A DNA stretch of 63,829 nucleotides, the filler included, from Chiloscyllium plagiosum (lineage: Eukaryota), in the NCBI RefSeq assembly GCF_004010195.1. It is 5 parts of one record of this genome, joined end to end, with 100 filler letters (N's around TTAATTAATTAA, not from the genome) between each part and the next. Parts side by side here need not be neighbours in the genome. Positions count along the whole stretch, not along the records: positions 19,977 to 50,766 come from NC_057711.1; positions 50,867 to 56,379 come from NC_057711.1; positions 56,480 to 60,942 come from NC_057711.1; 2 more parts are not named here. One strand, given 5' to 3'. The position numbers were made by a program, and so were the translations under genes. Below are positions 48,088 to 60,573 of the stretch, in pieces; the first letter of the stretch is position 1; each line of letters begins with the position of its first letter. Below the pieces are notes generated by a model, which did not search any database, was not told where the DNA came from, and saw only the letters and a program-made list of their open reading frames with translations.

Positions 48088-49235
48088 AATTAGTTTTATT
48101 GTTGATTACTCACATAAGTACAGTGAAAAGTTTACAAGCGGCCACTTATGGTGCCATTTTAGTTACAAGGTACCCTGGTACAGATTCGTCAATACAAGCT
48201 CTTAGGGGGAACAAAATACTAAAGTAAAGAAATAGAAAGACCATCATTATAAACTCATAGGAATAAACCAGAGAAATCAAGAAATAATTAATTTAGAATC
48301 ACAGTCCTGCCAGCCCAGTCCACTTAGCCTCCCGCCTGTGCCAGGCTTTGAATCACCTTGAGGCCTCAGATCCAGGCTGAGGCCTTGCTGGTCCAAAAGA
48401 CCCCCATGGGCCAGCAAGATACCACCATGCCAGAATGGGAGATCACCACATCAGGCCAGGAGATCACCACACTAGGACAGGAGATCAACACACCAGACAG
48501 GGAGATCAACACACCAGACAGGGAGATCACCATGCCAGGCCAGGAGATGACCATGCCAGGGCAGGAGATCACTATGCCAGTATGTGAGATCACCACACCA
48601 GGCCGGGAGATCACCATGTCAGACAAGGAGATCATTATACCAGGCTGGGAGATCACTGTACCAGACAGGCAGATCACCACAGCAGGCAGGAAGATCACCA
48701 CACTAGACAGGGTAATCACCACACTAGACGGGGTAATCACCACACTAGACAGGGGAATCACCACACTAGACAGGGGGATCACCACACTAGACAGGGGGAT
48801 CACCACACTAGACAGGGGGATCACCACAGCAGACCAGAAGATCACCACGCCAGGCTGTGAGACTGCCATAGTGGGCCAAGAGGATGCACACCAGGCTGCC
48901 AAAAGACCGTCATGGCAGGAAACCACCTCAGGCCACTGAGAAACTGGCATATTGAGCTGCCAAGAGACTGCCACGCTGACTGGTAGACAGACACGCTGGG
49001 CCAAGCGACCACCACAGGCAGCCAGAACACCACCATGCTGGGCTGGTAGACTGCCACCACAGACTAGGAATCTGCCAAGCCGGGGCGAGAGGACACCTTG
49101 TTGTGTCAGCACTGAGGCCAGGAGTTTGAGTCTGTACTGAGGCTGGGAGTTCGGGACATTGCCAAGAAGACAGAAGAGAAACAAAAGCACAAAAGAGAGA
49201 CAAAAGGAAACGAAATAGATAGAGCAGTTAGGATC
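48088..49235 (-). mobile_element. Composite non-autonomous retroelement with an internal 21-bp VNTR and a LINE-like 3' tail
   Basis: Minus-strand 3' end AAAATGGCACCATAAGTGGCCGCTTGTAAACTTTTCACTGTACTT...CAATAAAACTAATTC. Pyrimidine-rich 5' segment. Confidence 0.55.
48418..48880. repeat. 21-bp minisatellite, about 22 units (consensus near ATCACCACACYAGRCAGGGAG)
   Basis: The indel-free period produces ORFs 48358-48939 (xITTLDR heptads) and 48366-49190. Degenerate units continue to ~49070. Confidence 0.95.
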
Positions 49236-49264
49236 CGTCTAATGTGTTTCACCCCCCACTAACC

Positions 49265-50655
49265 GTGCAATTGTGCAGGGCATTGGTGAGACCCAGCTCA
49301 GAAATACTGTATGCACTTTTGATCCCATTATTTCAAGAGGGATATGCTTTTCATTAATGCAGTTCAGAGAATATCCACTAGATTGACTCCTCGGGTGTGG
49401 GGGCTACCTTATGAGGGAAGGATGAGCAGGTTAGGCAAAAATCCATTGCAGTTCAGAAGATTATGAAGCGATCTGAAAAAAAAACAATTGGCAGCAAAAT
49501 CAAAGAAAGCCAAAAGATGTTTAATCAATACACGAAAAGTAAGAGGATAACATAGAAAAAGGATACTATCTATCAGAGAGGTTCAAGATAATGTGCATGA
49601 ATGAAGAAGATATATAATGAAATGATGTTGACATTCTAGTTAGAGAGGAAGAGTGTGACATATTAGATACAATAAACATAATGTGAGAGGCCTGACCTCC
49701 TTGAAGGTGGATCAGTCACAAGGGCTGAATGCTCTGTGCCCCAGGCTGTTAACAGAAGCCAAGCAGGAAATAACAGAAGCTCAGATAATCATTGCCTGAT
49801 CTTCATTTGATACAGGTGAGTTGAAGTTCTGCAAACATTGCACCCCTGTTAAAAAGGAAGGGTAAAATAACAATAGACTGGTCAGCCTAACTTTGGTGGT
49901 GGGTAAATTATTAAAGAACAAATCACTATAGTGGACCAAAGGGCTACTTTTTCATTGCAAAGAGAGACAACTGTTGGTGATTTAACCTAAGGGTCACCAC
50001 ACCTCAAGAGAGATTGAAAAGGAGAGCCCTTCATGGTAACCTCTGATGGTGCAGGAATTGAACCTATGCTGTAAGTATTATTGATCAGCTGTCCAACCAA
50101 CTGAGCTAAGTAACCTGCCAAGACTGCCCTTGTGTTATAAAAAGGAGCTCATAAACAATCATAGAATTATATAGTATACAAGAGTCCATTGAGCCTTTAC
50201 TATGAAAAATAATTAGTTCTTAAAGAACTTTTAAGGGATAAGTGATCACAACATTGAGGTGGTTAATTCTGAAGCAAGGGCGTTAAATTGGATTAAGGAA
50301 ATTATGAAAGTGTGAGTAATTGTCTGAGGTGGATCGGGAAAATACATTAAAAGCCATGACTGTACATAAGCAATGATTATTCTTTAAACAACTATTGAAT
50401 GGCTTAGAGCAACTGTACATTTCTCCAAGGTAGAAAAAAAACTCAGAAAAGGTCAGTCAACTGTGGCCGACAATGAAAATTAAAGATTGAAAAGAAAAGG
50501 TCAGTAAAGCTTACCAGAAGTAGTAGTAAGTTTTAGGTTTGGGAGGTTTGTAGAATGCAAGTGGGTCAAAAAACTGATCGGAAAATTGAATATATATGCA
50601 AAGTGGATAAAAAACACTAAAATTAACTGGAAAGGATAAATGTGGCAAAGGTAAA
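49265..50655 (+). mobile_element. Old CR1 ORF2 remnants with a family-2 SINE (49918-50115, minus) inserted
   Basis: GGGCATTGGTGAGACC, AAGGTGGATCAGTCACAAGGGCTG and GGTCAGCCTAACTTTGGTGGTGGGTAAA. SINE head CCAACCAACTGAGCTAA / GGAATTGAACC. Confidence 0.6.
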
Positions 50656-50657
50656 TC

Positions 50658-50766
50658 CTTTACATTGGGGAGACTGGGCACCTCCTAGCAGAGCGTTTTA
50701 GGGAACATCTCCGAGACACCCGCACCAATCAACCAAACCGCCCCGTGGCTCAACATTTCAACTCCC
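50658..50766 (+). mobile_element. PLE-A GIY-YIG fragment running into a gap
   Basis: Translates YIGETGHLLAERFREHLRDTRTNQPNRPVAQHFNS. Confidence 0.9.
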
Positions 50767-50866
50767 NNNNNNNNNNNNNNNNNNNNNNNNNNNNNNNNNN
50801 NNNNNNNNNNTTAATTAATTAANNNNNNNNNNNNNNNNNNNNNNNNNNNNNNNNNNNNNNNNNNNN

Positions 50867-52292
50867 CTCCACTGGTCACAGGCCTCCAGTCTGAAAAACA
50901 ACCCTCCACTACCACCCTCTGTCTTCTACCTTTGAGCCAGTTCTGTATCCAAATGGCTAGTTCTCCCTGTATTCCATGAGATCTAACCTTGTTAATCAGT
51001 CTCCCATAGGGAACCTTGTCGAACGCCTTACTGAAGTCCATACAGATCACATCTACTGCTCTGCCCTCATCAATCCTCTTTGTTACTTCCTCAAAAAACT
51101 CAATCAAGTTTGTGAGGCATGATTTCCCACGTGCAAAGCCATGTTGACTATCCCTGATCAGTCCTTGCCTTTCCAAATACATGTACATCCTGTCCCTCAG
51201 GAGTTCCTCCAACAACTTGCCCACCATTGACGTCAGGCTTACTGGTCTATAGTTCCCTGGCTTGTCTTTACCGCCCTTCTTAAACAGTGGCACCACGTTA
51301 GCCAACCTCCAGTCTTCCGGCACCTCAACTGTGACTATCGATGATACAAATATATCAGCAAGAGGCCCAGCAATCACTTCTCTAGCTTCCCATAGAGTTC
51401 TCGGGTACACCTGATCAGGTCCTGGGGATTTATCCACTTTTATGCGTTTCAAGACATCAGCACTTCCTGCTCTGTAATATGGACATTTTGCAAAATGTCA
51501 CCATCTATTTCCCTACAGTCTATAGCTTCCATATCCTTTTCCACAGTAAATACTGATGCAAAATATTCATTTAGTATCTCCCCCATTTTCTGCGGCTCTA
51601 CATATAGGCTGCCTTGCTGATCTTTGAGGGGCTCTATTCTCTCCCTAGTTACCCTTTTGTCCTTAATATATTTGTAAAAACCCTTTGGATTCTCCTTAAT
51701 TCTATTTGCCAAAGCTATCTCATGTCCCCTTTTTGTCCTCCTGATTTCCCTCTTAAGTATACTCCTACTTTCTTTAGTCTCTTCTAAGGATTCACGCGGT
51801 CTATCCTGTCTATACCTTAGTTAAGAATCACACAAGTGTGCTTCCAATTAAACCTGTTGGACTACAACCTGGTGTTATGTGATTTTCAACTTTGTACACC
51901 CCAGTCCAACACTGGCATCTCCAAATCATACCTTACATATGCTTCCTTCTTTTTCTTAACCAAACCCTCAATTACTTTAGTCATCCAGCATTCCCTATAT
52001 CTACCAGCCTTTCCTTTCACCCTGACAGGAATATACTTTCTCTGGATTCTCATTATCTCATTTCTGAAGGCTTCCCATTTTCCAGCCGTCCCTTTACCTG
52101 CCAACATCTGCCCCCAATCAGCTTTCGAAAGTTCTTGCCTAATACCATCAAAATTGGCTTTTCTCCAATTTAGAACTTCAAGTTTTAGATCTGGTTTATC
52201 CTTTTCCATCATTATTTTAAATCTAATACAATTATGGTCGTTGGCCCCAACGTGCTCCCCCACTGACACCTCAGTCACCTGCCCTGCCTTAT
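50867..52292 (-). mobile_element. Well-preserved HER1-type CR1 ORF2 segment, frameshifted and interrupted by PLE-B
   Basis: ORFs 51886-52341, 51449-51712 and 50811-51452 (KSPGPD, PEDWRLANVVPLFKKG, NYRPVSLTS, DFSKAFDKV). Confidence 0.94.
51820..51927 (+). mobile_element. PLE-B mini-insert with a short inverted 5' piece
   Basis: GTTAAGAATCACACAA inverted against TTATGTGATTTTCAAC. TSD ATACCTTA at 51812 and 51928. Confidence 0.82.
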
Positions 52293-52294
52293 TG

Positions 52295-52530
52295 TCTCCA
52301 ATGAAGTTCTGAAGCAGTGAGTCTGTAAAATTCTTTACCACGGAGGGCTATCAAGGCTGGTACGTTAAGTATCTTCAAGGTAGACAGATGATTAATCAGT
52401 AAGGGAATCAAGCATTATGGGGGAAAGTCAAGAGAGTGGCTTTGATCAGTCATGGTCAAATGATGATTGGTGGAGAAGTAAAAATAGGACTGAATGGCCT
52501 ATTTTTTGCTCTAGTCTTATAGTCTTATGT
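52295..52530 (+). mobile_element. CR1 3' tail fragment
   Basis: AGTAAGGGAATCAAG...GACTGAATGGCCTA...(TAGTCTTA)n. Confidence 0.7.
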
Positions 52531-52774
52531 GTCCAAAGGCTTAGAGTTCATGTGTAGTTTGTATTGTTTCAAAAAGCTGATGCCAGTAAACGTAATCAAA
52601 TCAACTGTTGAATTAGCCTAAAAGCCTGGAGCATTGATGATATCATTTGAACAGTCACTGCCTGTTCCACAACCCCATTTGAGAATCTCAATAGCTTGGG
52701 GAGAGGTCATCTCTGGGAATAATGGAAAAGGTAATTCCAGTGGTACCCAACAACATCAAGATCATTTTAAAACT

Positions 52775-53075
52775 TTGCCTTCATGGGATGTGGATGTCAT
52801 GGCTGGGCCAGCATTTTAAGTCCATCCCTAATTGAGTCAACTGCATTGCTATTGGCGTCACATTTTATGACCAGGTGAGGATTGCATATTACCTTCCCTA
52901 AAGGGTATTAGTAAACCAGCTGGGTTTTTATGGCATCTAATTCACAGTCATCATTTAATTTGAGTGCTTTTTGAAATGGATTCAAAATTCACCAATTGCC
53001 ACAGATAGGATTTGAACCCAGAACTTCAGCCTGGGGTTCTGAATCATTAGCCCAGTAACACTACTATTATGCTGC
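52775..53075 (-). mobile_element. tRNA-headed SINE family 3
   Basis: CATGGGATGTGGATGTCATGGCTGGGCCAGCATTT...GGATTTGAACCCAG. Confidence 0.65.
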
Positions 53076-53507
53076 TATTTTCCTGTATACTGGCACACCC
53101 GAGGATAGAAGCACTGGATTAGTTTCTGTGTGCATCAGAGCTGCCTTTCAGGTAGCATCTCCCAAAGAGACCTCTGAAAAATTTGAAGTTATCCCTAAAA
53201 ACATCCAGTGCATACTTCGGCCCAAACTGGAGCCTCATAATTAAGCAAGAACAATCCCATCAGAGATTCTGAAGACCAGGGGACTCCATCAAATCAGTCC
53301 TTAGCAACCTACACAGGTTAGCCAGTTGATGCAAGAATGGAGCATTGAAGACAAATTTATTCGCAACTGAGTTATCATCTAAGTACCTTCTGAACATTTG
53401 TCACTTACAATGATAAGTGATAACCTGGCACTCGAGAATGTTGTTCAATACAAATTGAAGGTACAAAATCCCTGAAAAATAATCTATAGGAATATGGGGA
53501 CCTTGGA

Positions 53508-53852
53508 TCATAGAATCGCTACAGCGTGAAAACAGGCCATTTGGCCCAACAAGTCAACACCGACCCTCCAAAGAATATCCCACCCAGACCCATTCCCCTG
53601 CCCTATAGCTGTACATTCCCACTGCCTAATGCACCTAACCTACACACCCCTGAGCACTATGAGCAATTTAACATGGCTAGTTCATATAACCTACTCATCA
53701 TTGGACTGTGGGAGGAAACTGGAACACCCAGGGGAACCCCATTCAGACACAGGGAGAGCATGCAAACTCCACAAAAACAGTCACCCTCGGTGGGAATTGA
53801 ACCCAAGTCCCTGATGTTGTGAGGCAGCAGTGCTAGCCACTGTGCCACTGTG
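53508..53852 (-). mobile_element. Full-length HE1/V-SINE-type SINE
   Basis: GGAATTGAACCC (B box), GCAGCAGTGCTAGCCACTGTGCCA (A box), V domain, tail CATAGAATC...AAAACAGGCC. Confidence 0.88.
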
Positions 53853-55029
53853 CTGCTTGTGCAATGGATGAGTCTGTTCATTGTGTCGGCTCAAAAGACA
53901 CTGTCATGACTACTCAAAGGTCCACCTAAAACAAGGAAACTCTGTAGTTGCCATCTTAAAATGGTCACCTGGTACACCTAAAGGTAAAGTGGCGCAGCTG
54001 CAGAATCTTTATAATATGGAAATACTCAAGACTACTGCAACTGTAAATATGCAAGCAAAAGGAAGAAAACAGATGAATGTCTTTCAACATTTAGGGCATT
54101 TAGGAAATTGGAAATGGAGAATTCATGTTTCTTCATGAAGACTTAAATTGAAAAACCTAGGTGATAGAAATATTCAAGTAAAGGTCAGATCACCAGCACT
54201 CGGGGTTAACAAGAATCGCTATATTTTTACAAAATCAAAGAACATCTGAACGTAACTATTTCTTTCAATTCCCAGTCTTGAAAGAGTGATACCCTCTTCC
54301 TTGAGTATTCACACAACTGAGTTTGGACTATCTCAGTTTAAATTAATACTTCCAGGGTCTTGACCAAACACTTCTTGTTTGGAACTTTCAAACTAAGCTC
54401 CTTACATTGAAATAACTGATTTCTTAACAGTTTTCAACTATCTAACTTCCTCAAAAGAAACTATTTTACTGACCAAACTTCCAAAAAGACCTCTGTAAGA
54501 CTTCAGTAAAGCCCATTCAAAGACTTTTGAAACAATAGGTATTTCCCTTAAGACAAAAAATAATAATTCAAGATTCTTCTAACTTTATACTGCACCACTC
54601 AGTTTGCTCCAAAAATGTGTCCTAATTAAACAAATTCTGATTAGCCACCAAAAACTGTCTTTTTCATGCTGTTGCTAAATCAGATGGCTCCAGAAACCAT
54701 TACAAATTAATCATTAAACCCATTCAAACCAAATCCCAATGTTGCTAGTTTAAAATTCTAAAAGGAATAATATTAAAGAAAACATGAATGATCCACCTTT
54801 CAGCATTATGCACGCAAAGTTTCAGGCTTCAGACTGATGTCTTATCACTATACAGGTGTAAGTACCTGGTGAATCTGTGGTCACAGCAGTTGCACAATGG
54901 TGACTACAGTTGGTCCAGCAGAAACACCAGACCCAGTGCAACAGCAAAAAGGACCTCTCAGTAAACTCTGTGGGCAGGGACCAGCGAACTTCCCAGTTTT
55001 TGCGTTCCATTCAGAACACCAATGTTTTT

Positions 55030-55125
55030 TGTGTCTTTCTGTGTGTGTGTGTGCGCGTCTAACTGTGTATATATGAGTGAGTGTGTGTGTGTATGCATGA
55101 GTGTGTGTGTGTACGCACATGTATG
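55030..55125. repeat. Imperfect (TG)n microsatellite
   Basis: Directly visible in the sequence. Confidence 0.85.
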
Positions 55126-55566
55126 GAATGTGTGGAGTTTTATCAGGGGTTAGAATTTTAACTGGTGATAGGTCAGCAGTTCATAGATATTCACTTGTAA
55201 CTCGAGTGATGCAGCTTCTCCCTGCAAGCCCGAGCCAAATGGGCTGAAGGGTCTCTCCTGTGCGGTGTCTGCCTGAAATTTAGGAAGGGTTGCTGTTCCT
55301 CATCATCATTGCTGTTGAATCTCTAAGAAGCCATTCAGCCCATCTGAATTCTTCAGGACCACAGCACGGTGTCTGGTCTCCTCTCTGCCTCCTATCCTCG
55401 AATTATTTTTTTAGTTAAAAGCCATCAGTCCCAGATTTTGATCTATGACAATTCCATTTGTTGGATAAATTTACACTCCACTTCAATCCCTTATTGGGAG
55501 CAAGGAGTCTTCCCCTCATGAAATATCTCATTTTATACCATATCCTCCAGTGCTAAACACTTATAG

Positions 55567-55915
55567 TTTTTTTTTGTTTATTCATTCATGGAACATATCC
55601 GTTTCTGACAAGATGCATATGTTGGCTGTCCCTATTTGCATTGAACTGAGAAGTTTGCTTAGGTCAATTCAGAGGTAGTCAAGCAGGATTCTGGGAGAAC
55701 ACAGTAAGCTAGGCAGCATCAGGAGGTGGAGAAGTCGATGTTTCAGGTGCAACCCTTCAGCCAATTCAGAGGGAAAATAAGAGTTAACTACATTGCTGTG
55801 TGTCAGGACTCCCAGGTAAAGATGGCAGATTTCCAATTCTATAGGACATTAGTGAACGAGATGGGCTTTTACAACAATAGTCATCGTTAGAAAAGCTTTT
55901 GAATTCCAGAATCAT
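55567..55915 (-). mobile_element. SINE family 3 with a short PLE insert (~55676-55761, TSD CAATTCAGAGG)
   Basis: TTTATTCATTCATGG tail and CCAGGTAAAGATGGCAGATT...GGACATTAGTGAAC. Confidence 0.65.
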
Positions 55916-55919
55916 TAAC

Positions 55920-56145
55920 TGTGTACCCTGGAACTCTGTGGGAAGCTAGAGAACTAATTGCTGGGCCTCTTGCTGAGATATTTGTATCATCGATAGTCAT
56001 AGGTGAGGTACCGTGGACTGGAGGTTGGCTAACGTGGTGCCACTGTTTAAGAAGGGTGGTAGGGACAAGCCAGTGAGTCTGACATCGGTGGTGGGCAAGT
56101 TGTTGGAGGGAATCCTGAGAGACAGCATGTACATGTACTTCGAAA
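55920..56145 (+). mobile_element. HER1-type CR1 ORF2 internal fragment
   Basis: Near reverse complement of 51175-51410 (LWEARE..IAGPLAEIF..DWRLANVVPLFKKG). Confidence 0.9.
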
Positions 56146-56379
56146 GGAGAAAGTGAGGACTGCAGATGCTGGAGATCAGAGCTGAAAATGTGTTGCTGGA
56201 AAAGCGCAGCAAGTCAGGCAGCATCCAAGGAGCAGGAGAATCGACGTCTCGGGCATGAGCCCTTCTTCAAGAATGAGGAGAGTGTGCCATTCAGGCTAAG
56301 ATAAAAGGTAGGGAGGAAGGACTTGGGGGAGGGGCGTTGGAAATTCGATAGGTGGAAGGAGGTTAAGGTGAGGGTGATA
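56146..56379 (-). mobile_element. PLE-A pseudo-LTR (HHR core with two substitutions) running into a gap
   Basis: Matches 35012-35230 and the reverse complement of 61140-61341. Confidence 0.88.
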
Positions 56380-56479
56380 NNNNNNNNNNNNNNNNNNNNN
56401 NNNNNNNNNNNNNNNNNNNNNNNTTAATTAATTAANNNNNNNNNNNNNNNNNNNNNNNNNNNNNNNNNNNNNNNNNNNN

Positions 56480-56986
56480 ACCCGGGAGGCAACAAACCAT
56501 CCGAGAGTCTCGCCCATGCCCACAGAATCGCCTGTCCGACCGTCTAACTAGAGAGTCGCCTATAACTAGCGGTCTCCTCCTCTCCCCCTTTCCCTTCTGA
56601 GTCTCAGAGCCAGACCTCGCGCCACAGACCCGGTCACTGCAGCTTACCCCTGCTACCCCAACAGTATCCAAAGCAGTATACTTATTGTTTAGGGGAACAA
56701 CCACAGGGGATCCCTGCACTGCCTGCTTCCTCCCCTTCCCACCTCTAACTGTTACCCAGCTACCTCTGTTCTCTGGCGTAGCTATGTCCCTGTAGCTTCT
56801 ATCTATCACCCTCTCAGCCTCTCGAATAATCCTCAGTTCATCCAACTCCAGTTCCAGTTCCCTAACTCGTTCTGTGAGGAGCAGGATCTGACTGCATTTC
56901 CTGCAGATGAAGTCGGCAGGAGAATCGGTGGTCACCCCTACCTCGAACATCCGGCAGTAGGAACATTCCACTGCCTGCGCTGCCAT
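56480..56986 (-). CDS. CR1 ORF1p N-terminal part: zinc finger, leucine zipper and start of the SGNH esterase (3' end lost in gap; 5' UTR extends to ~57190)
   Basis: MAAQAVECSYCRMFEV...FICRKCSQILLLTERVRELELELDELRIIRE...PLNNKYTALD...LVIGDSLVR...VCCLPG, with no stops. Confidence 0.88.
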
Positions 56987-57194
56987 TACTTTACACCTCA
57001 TCTCCAAAACAAGAACACTGAGGAGCTTACCTGTGGACTTTAAAATTAGGTTAGAGGAGGAGGATGGGAGGGAGGCCCTACTATGTAGGGCCTGGGGTCT
57101 AGAACACACCCACTCAAATATCAATCACTTACCTTCCCGACCAGCTCTGCGCTCCAACCTCACTTCCGCCAGCTCGCGCCGCTCTCTGCTGTGA

Positions 57195-57990
57195 GTAGGC
57201 CATTCTGCCCCTTGAACCTGCTCTACCATTTGATACGATCAGGACTGACCTCATCTCTGCCTCAATTCCACTTTCTTGCCCACTCTCCATAACCCTTCAA
57301 CACGCTACTCATTAAAAAAATCAGTCCAGCTCCTCCTTACATTGTCTGAGTACTCCCTACAGTCTGGGGGTCGTGAATTCCTTAGTTGTATAAAGTATAT
57401 TTATGTAATTTGGATAATTCCCCTTTGGTTAGCAGAGTGATGTAAGTACAGTTATGGCACAGGAACAGGCTCTTCGGCCCACCATTTCTGTGCTGACTAT
57501 GATGTCATCCTAACCTAATTCCATCTGCCTGCACACAGTCTGTACCCTTCTATTAACTGCCTGTTCATGTGTCTACCTAAATGCCTTGTAAGCGTTGCTA
57601 TCATATCTGCCTCTGCCAGTGCATTCCTGGCACTTACCACCCATTGTGTAAAAAACATTCCTTGCACGTCTCCTTTAAACTTGCCCTCTCCCACCCTAAA
57701 CCTATGCCTCCTAGTAATTGACCTTTCCACCCTGGGGAAAAAGACTCTGATTATGCACCCTATCCTTGCCTCTAATAATGTTGTATATCTCTATCAGGTC
57801 ACCCCTCAGTCTCCAATGCTCTAGAGCAAACAAGCCAACTGCTCTTTATAGCTAATACATGCCAATCCAAGTAACACCCTTGTACACTTCTTCTGCACCC
57901 TCTCCGACGCCTTCAACATCCTTCCTATAGCATGGTGACCAGAACTGCACACATGGGGCTGAACTAAAGTTTTATACAGCTGCAATATTT
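57195..57990 (-). mobile_element. Two CR1 3' fragments
   Basis: GTAGGCCATTCTGCCCCTTGA tail and ORF 57515-57730 (HRFRV...FFTQWVV). Confidence 0.75.
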
Positions 57991-58491
57991 ATAATTATTA
58001 AGGCATGTTATTTAAAATATTAATTCAGAACATTGTTGATGGGGACTCATTGTTCCCCGCCATTGTTCCTACTGCTGTTCTGGTTCACCAAGGTCAATGT
58101 GTGACAGCAGCTTCTGAACGCAGAAAATAGCATCACCAATCAAAGTACCCAGAGCTCCCACTCTCCTCGAGGGATTGTTGCTGGACACGTATCTGTAACT
58201 TGGATTTTTTAAGAAGGCACACCTCACTAAGTAAATGAGACTGACTGTAAAAGGGACATAACTTGCATTTATAGAGATCACAAGCTGCTCAACTGTAGTC
58301 ACTGAGACTACAAAGTACTTTCAGAGACATCACATGACCCAGCGGTATCATGAAGCCATTGAATTGAAGCATCGAGAGTCTGAGGTAACTTGCCTGGAGG
58401 AATGGCCTGTGCCTTTATTTTGTGAAATCCCTCTCATGAATGTTTGCAAGTTGCAAACCCACTGGAAAACCTTATCACCACAAGTGGAGAG

Positions 58492-59202
58492 TTAGAGTCA
58501 TAGAGTTACCGAGATGTACAGCACGGAAACAGACCCTTCAGTCCAAACTGTCCATGCCGACCAGCTATCCGAACCCAATCTAGTCCCACCTGCCAGCACC
58601 TGGCCCATATCCCTCCAAACCCTTCCTATTCATATACCCATCCAAATGCCTCTTAAATGTTGCAATTGTACCAGCCTCCACCACATCCTCTGGCAGCTCA
58701 TTCCATACACGTACCACCCTCTGCGTGAAAAAGTTGCCCCTTAGGTCTCTTTTATATCTTTCCCCTCTCACCCTAAACCTATGCCCAACAGGAAGGAGAC
58801 CAGAATTGCATGCAATATTCCAACAGTGGCCTAACCAATGCCCTGTATAGCCGCAACATGACCTCCCAACTACTGTACTCAATACTCTAACCAATAAAGG
58901 AAAGCATACCAAACGCCTTCTTCACTATCCTATCTATCTGCGACTCTACTTTCAAGGAGCTATGAACCTGCACTCCAAGGTCTCTTTGTTCAGCAACACT
59001 CCCTAGGACCTTACCATTAAGTATATAAGTCCTATTAAGATTTGCTTTCCCAAAATGCAGCACCTCGCATTAATCTGAGTTAAACTCCATCTGCCACTTC
59101 TCAGCCCATTGGCCCATCTGGTCAAGATCCTGTTGTGTCAAGATCCTGTTGTAATCTGAGGTAACCCTCTTCGCTGTCCACTACACCTTCAATTTTGGTG
59201 TT
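58492..59202 (-). mobile_element. HER1-type CR1 3' fragment with a ~220-bp internal deletion and a 16-bp tandem duplication (59121-59152)
   Basis: Colinear with 43198-44090 except for the join CTATGCCC|AACAGGAAGG at ~58786. Confidence 0.92.
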
Positions 59203-59437
59203 CCCAAGGGAAAGTTCGGAATTGGCCCCGTTGTCTCTGGAAAAGTGACTTCATCCAGCCATAACTGATCCAGAAAGCCATCGTGTGCCAACAGCCTGTG
59301 TGCTAAGTGATTTAATTTACAGATAAACATTTGGACACCCTGTGAATAATTTTTTTTCCTGCATTTATTTAACAGTAACTTGGCAAAAAAAAATCAAATG
59401 TTACTGTCAGAGTTTTTTTTTAACCTAGATTTGGACA

Positions 59438-59617
59438 TTGTGTGTGTTTGTGTGTAGAAGTGTGTGTGTGTTTAGGAATATGTGCATGTGTACGCTCGCA
59501 CAGATGTGTGTTTGTGTGTGTGTGTGGATGTGTGTGTGTGTATGTGTGTGTATGTGTGTGTGTTTGTGTGTGTGTGTGTTTGTGTGTGTGCGGACGTGTG
59601 TGTGTGTGTGTGTGTGT
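59438..59617. repeat. (TG)n microsatellite
   Basis: Directly visible in the sequence. Confidence 0.95.
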
Positions 59618-60573
59618 AGAATGGTAGTTATCTGCACTGTATAAACCTTTTAATAATCTTTATATATTTGCAGAAGTAAGTTTTCTTTTGCAATAAACAT
59701 GCTCTTTATTTGTCACTAAAGGCACTTGGCCCACTTGTTTCTGATACTGAGCTATGCAGAGTTTGATATAATTGGCAATTTCACCTCCCTTAATTAAATT
59801 AAAAGTCAATTGGAACTGTGGGAGATGTGGGACATGGGCAAAGAAGCAGTTTGTCCCTTCCAATTCGGTTATAACAGTACTCACTCACTGTTTTAATTGG
59901 TGGACTGGGAATCATTCATTGGAACATGATGTATCTATCTTCTCATACCACAAGCTAGCTTTTATCATTAATGCAATTAAAAACTGGGTTAAAGCTCCTG
60001 GTAAACTGCTGAGAGAACGATTCAGAAAAATAAGTGTTCCCACCCCTAGAACCTGTGGGACCTAAATTAGCGGCTGAGAGTGTTACGTTTGCTGAAAAGC
60101 AGCAGAACCATCAACTCCTGCTATTGATGTGAAGTTGCATTGGCTGCTTTGAGTTAGACGCATCCTCGCGATCCACCGTGCTATTATCAATAACTACAGG
60201 AGCTTATCTTTGTACGGTACCTTTTACTTAAAAGTATTTCACAGGAACATTATGACACAAAATTTGACGCTGAGGTGACATATCAGGGCAAATTATCTAA
60301 AGCTTGGTCAAAGAGATAGGCTTTCTGGAGAGTCTTGAAGGGAGAACATGCAGACAATGGATAAGAGTAGGCCATTCGGCCCTTGGAGCCTGCTCAGCTG
60401 TTTAATAGGTTACCACTGATCTGGTTTTTAACCTCTACTCTGCATTCCTGTATATCCCCTTGATAATCAAGGATCCATCTACTTTTGCCTTAAAAATATA
60501 TAAAGATTCTGCATCTACTTTGGAGGAAGGGAATTTCCCTTCAGGAAAAACAAAAGGCTTATCCATGTTTTAT

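Noticed and set aside
48418..48880. CRISPR-like array or antifreeze/ice-binding protein gene
   Set aside because: There are no unique spacers and the context is eukaryotic. There is no signal peptide, ATG context or splice evidence for a protein, so the VNTR explanation is simpler.
53902..54811. Possible minus-strand solo LTR (TGTCATGAC...ATTATGCA)
   Set aside because: TG...CA ends are present, but there is no matching TSD or second copy in the window.
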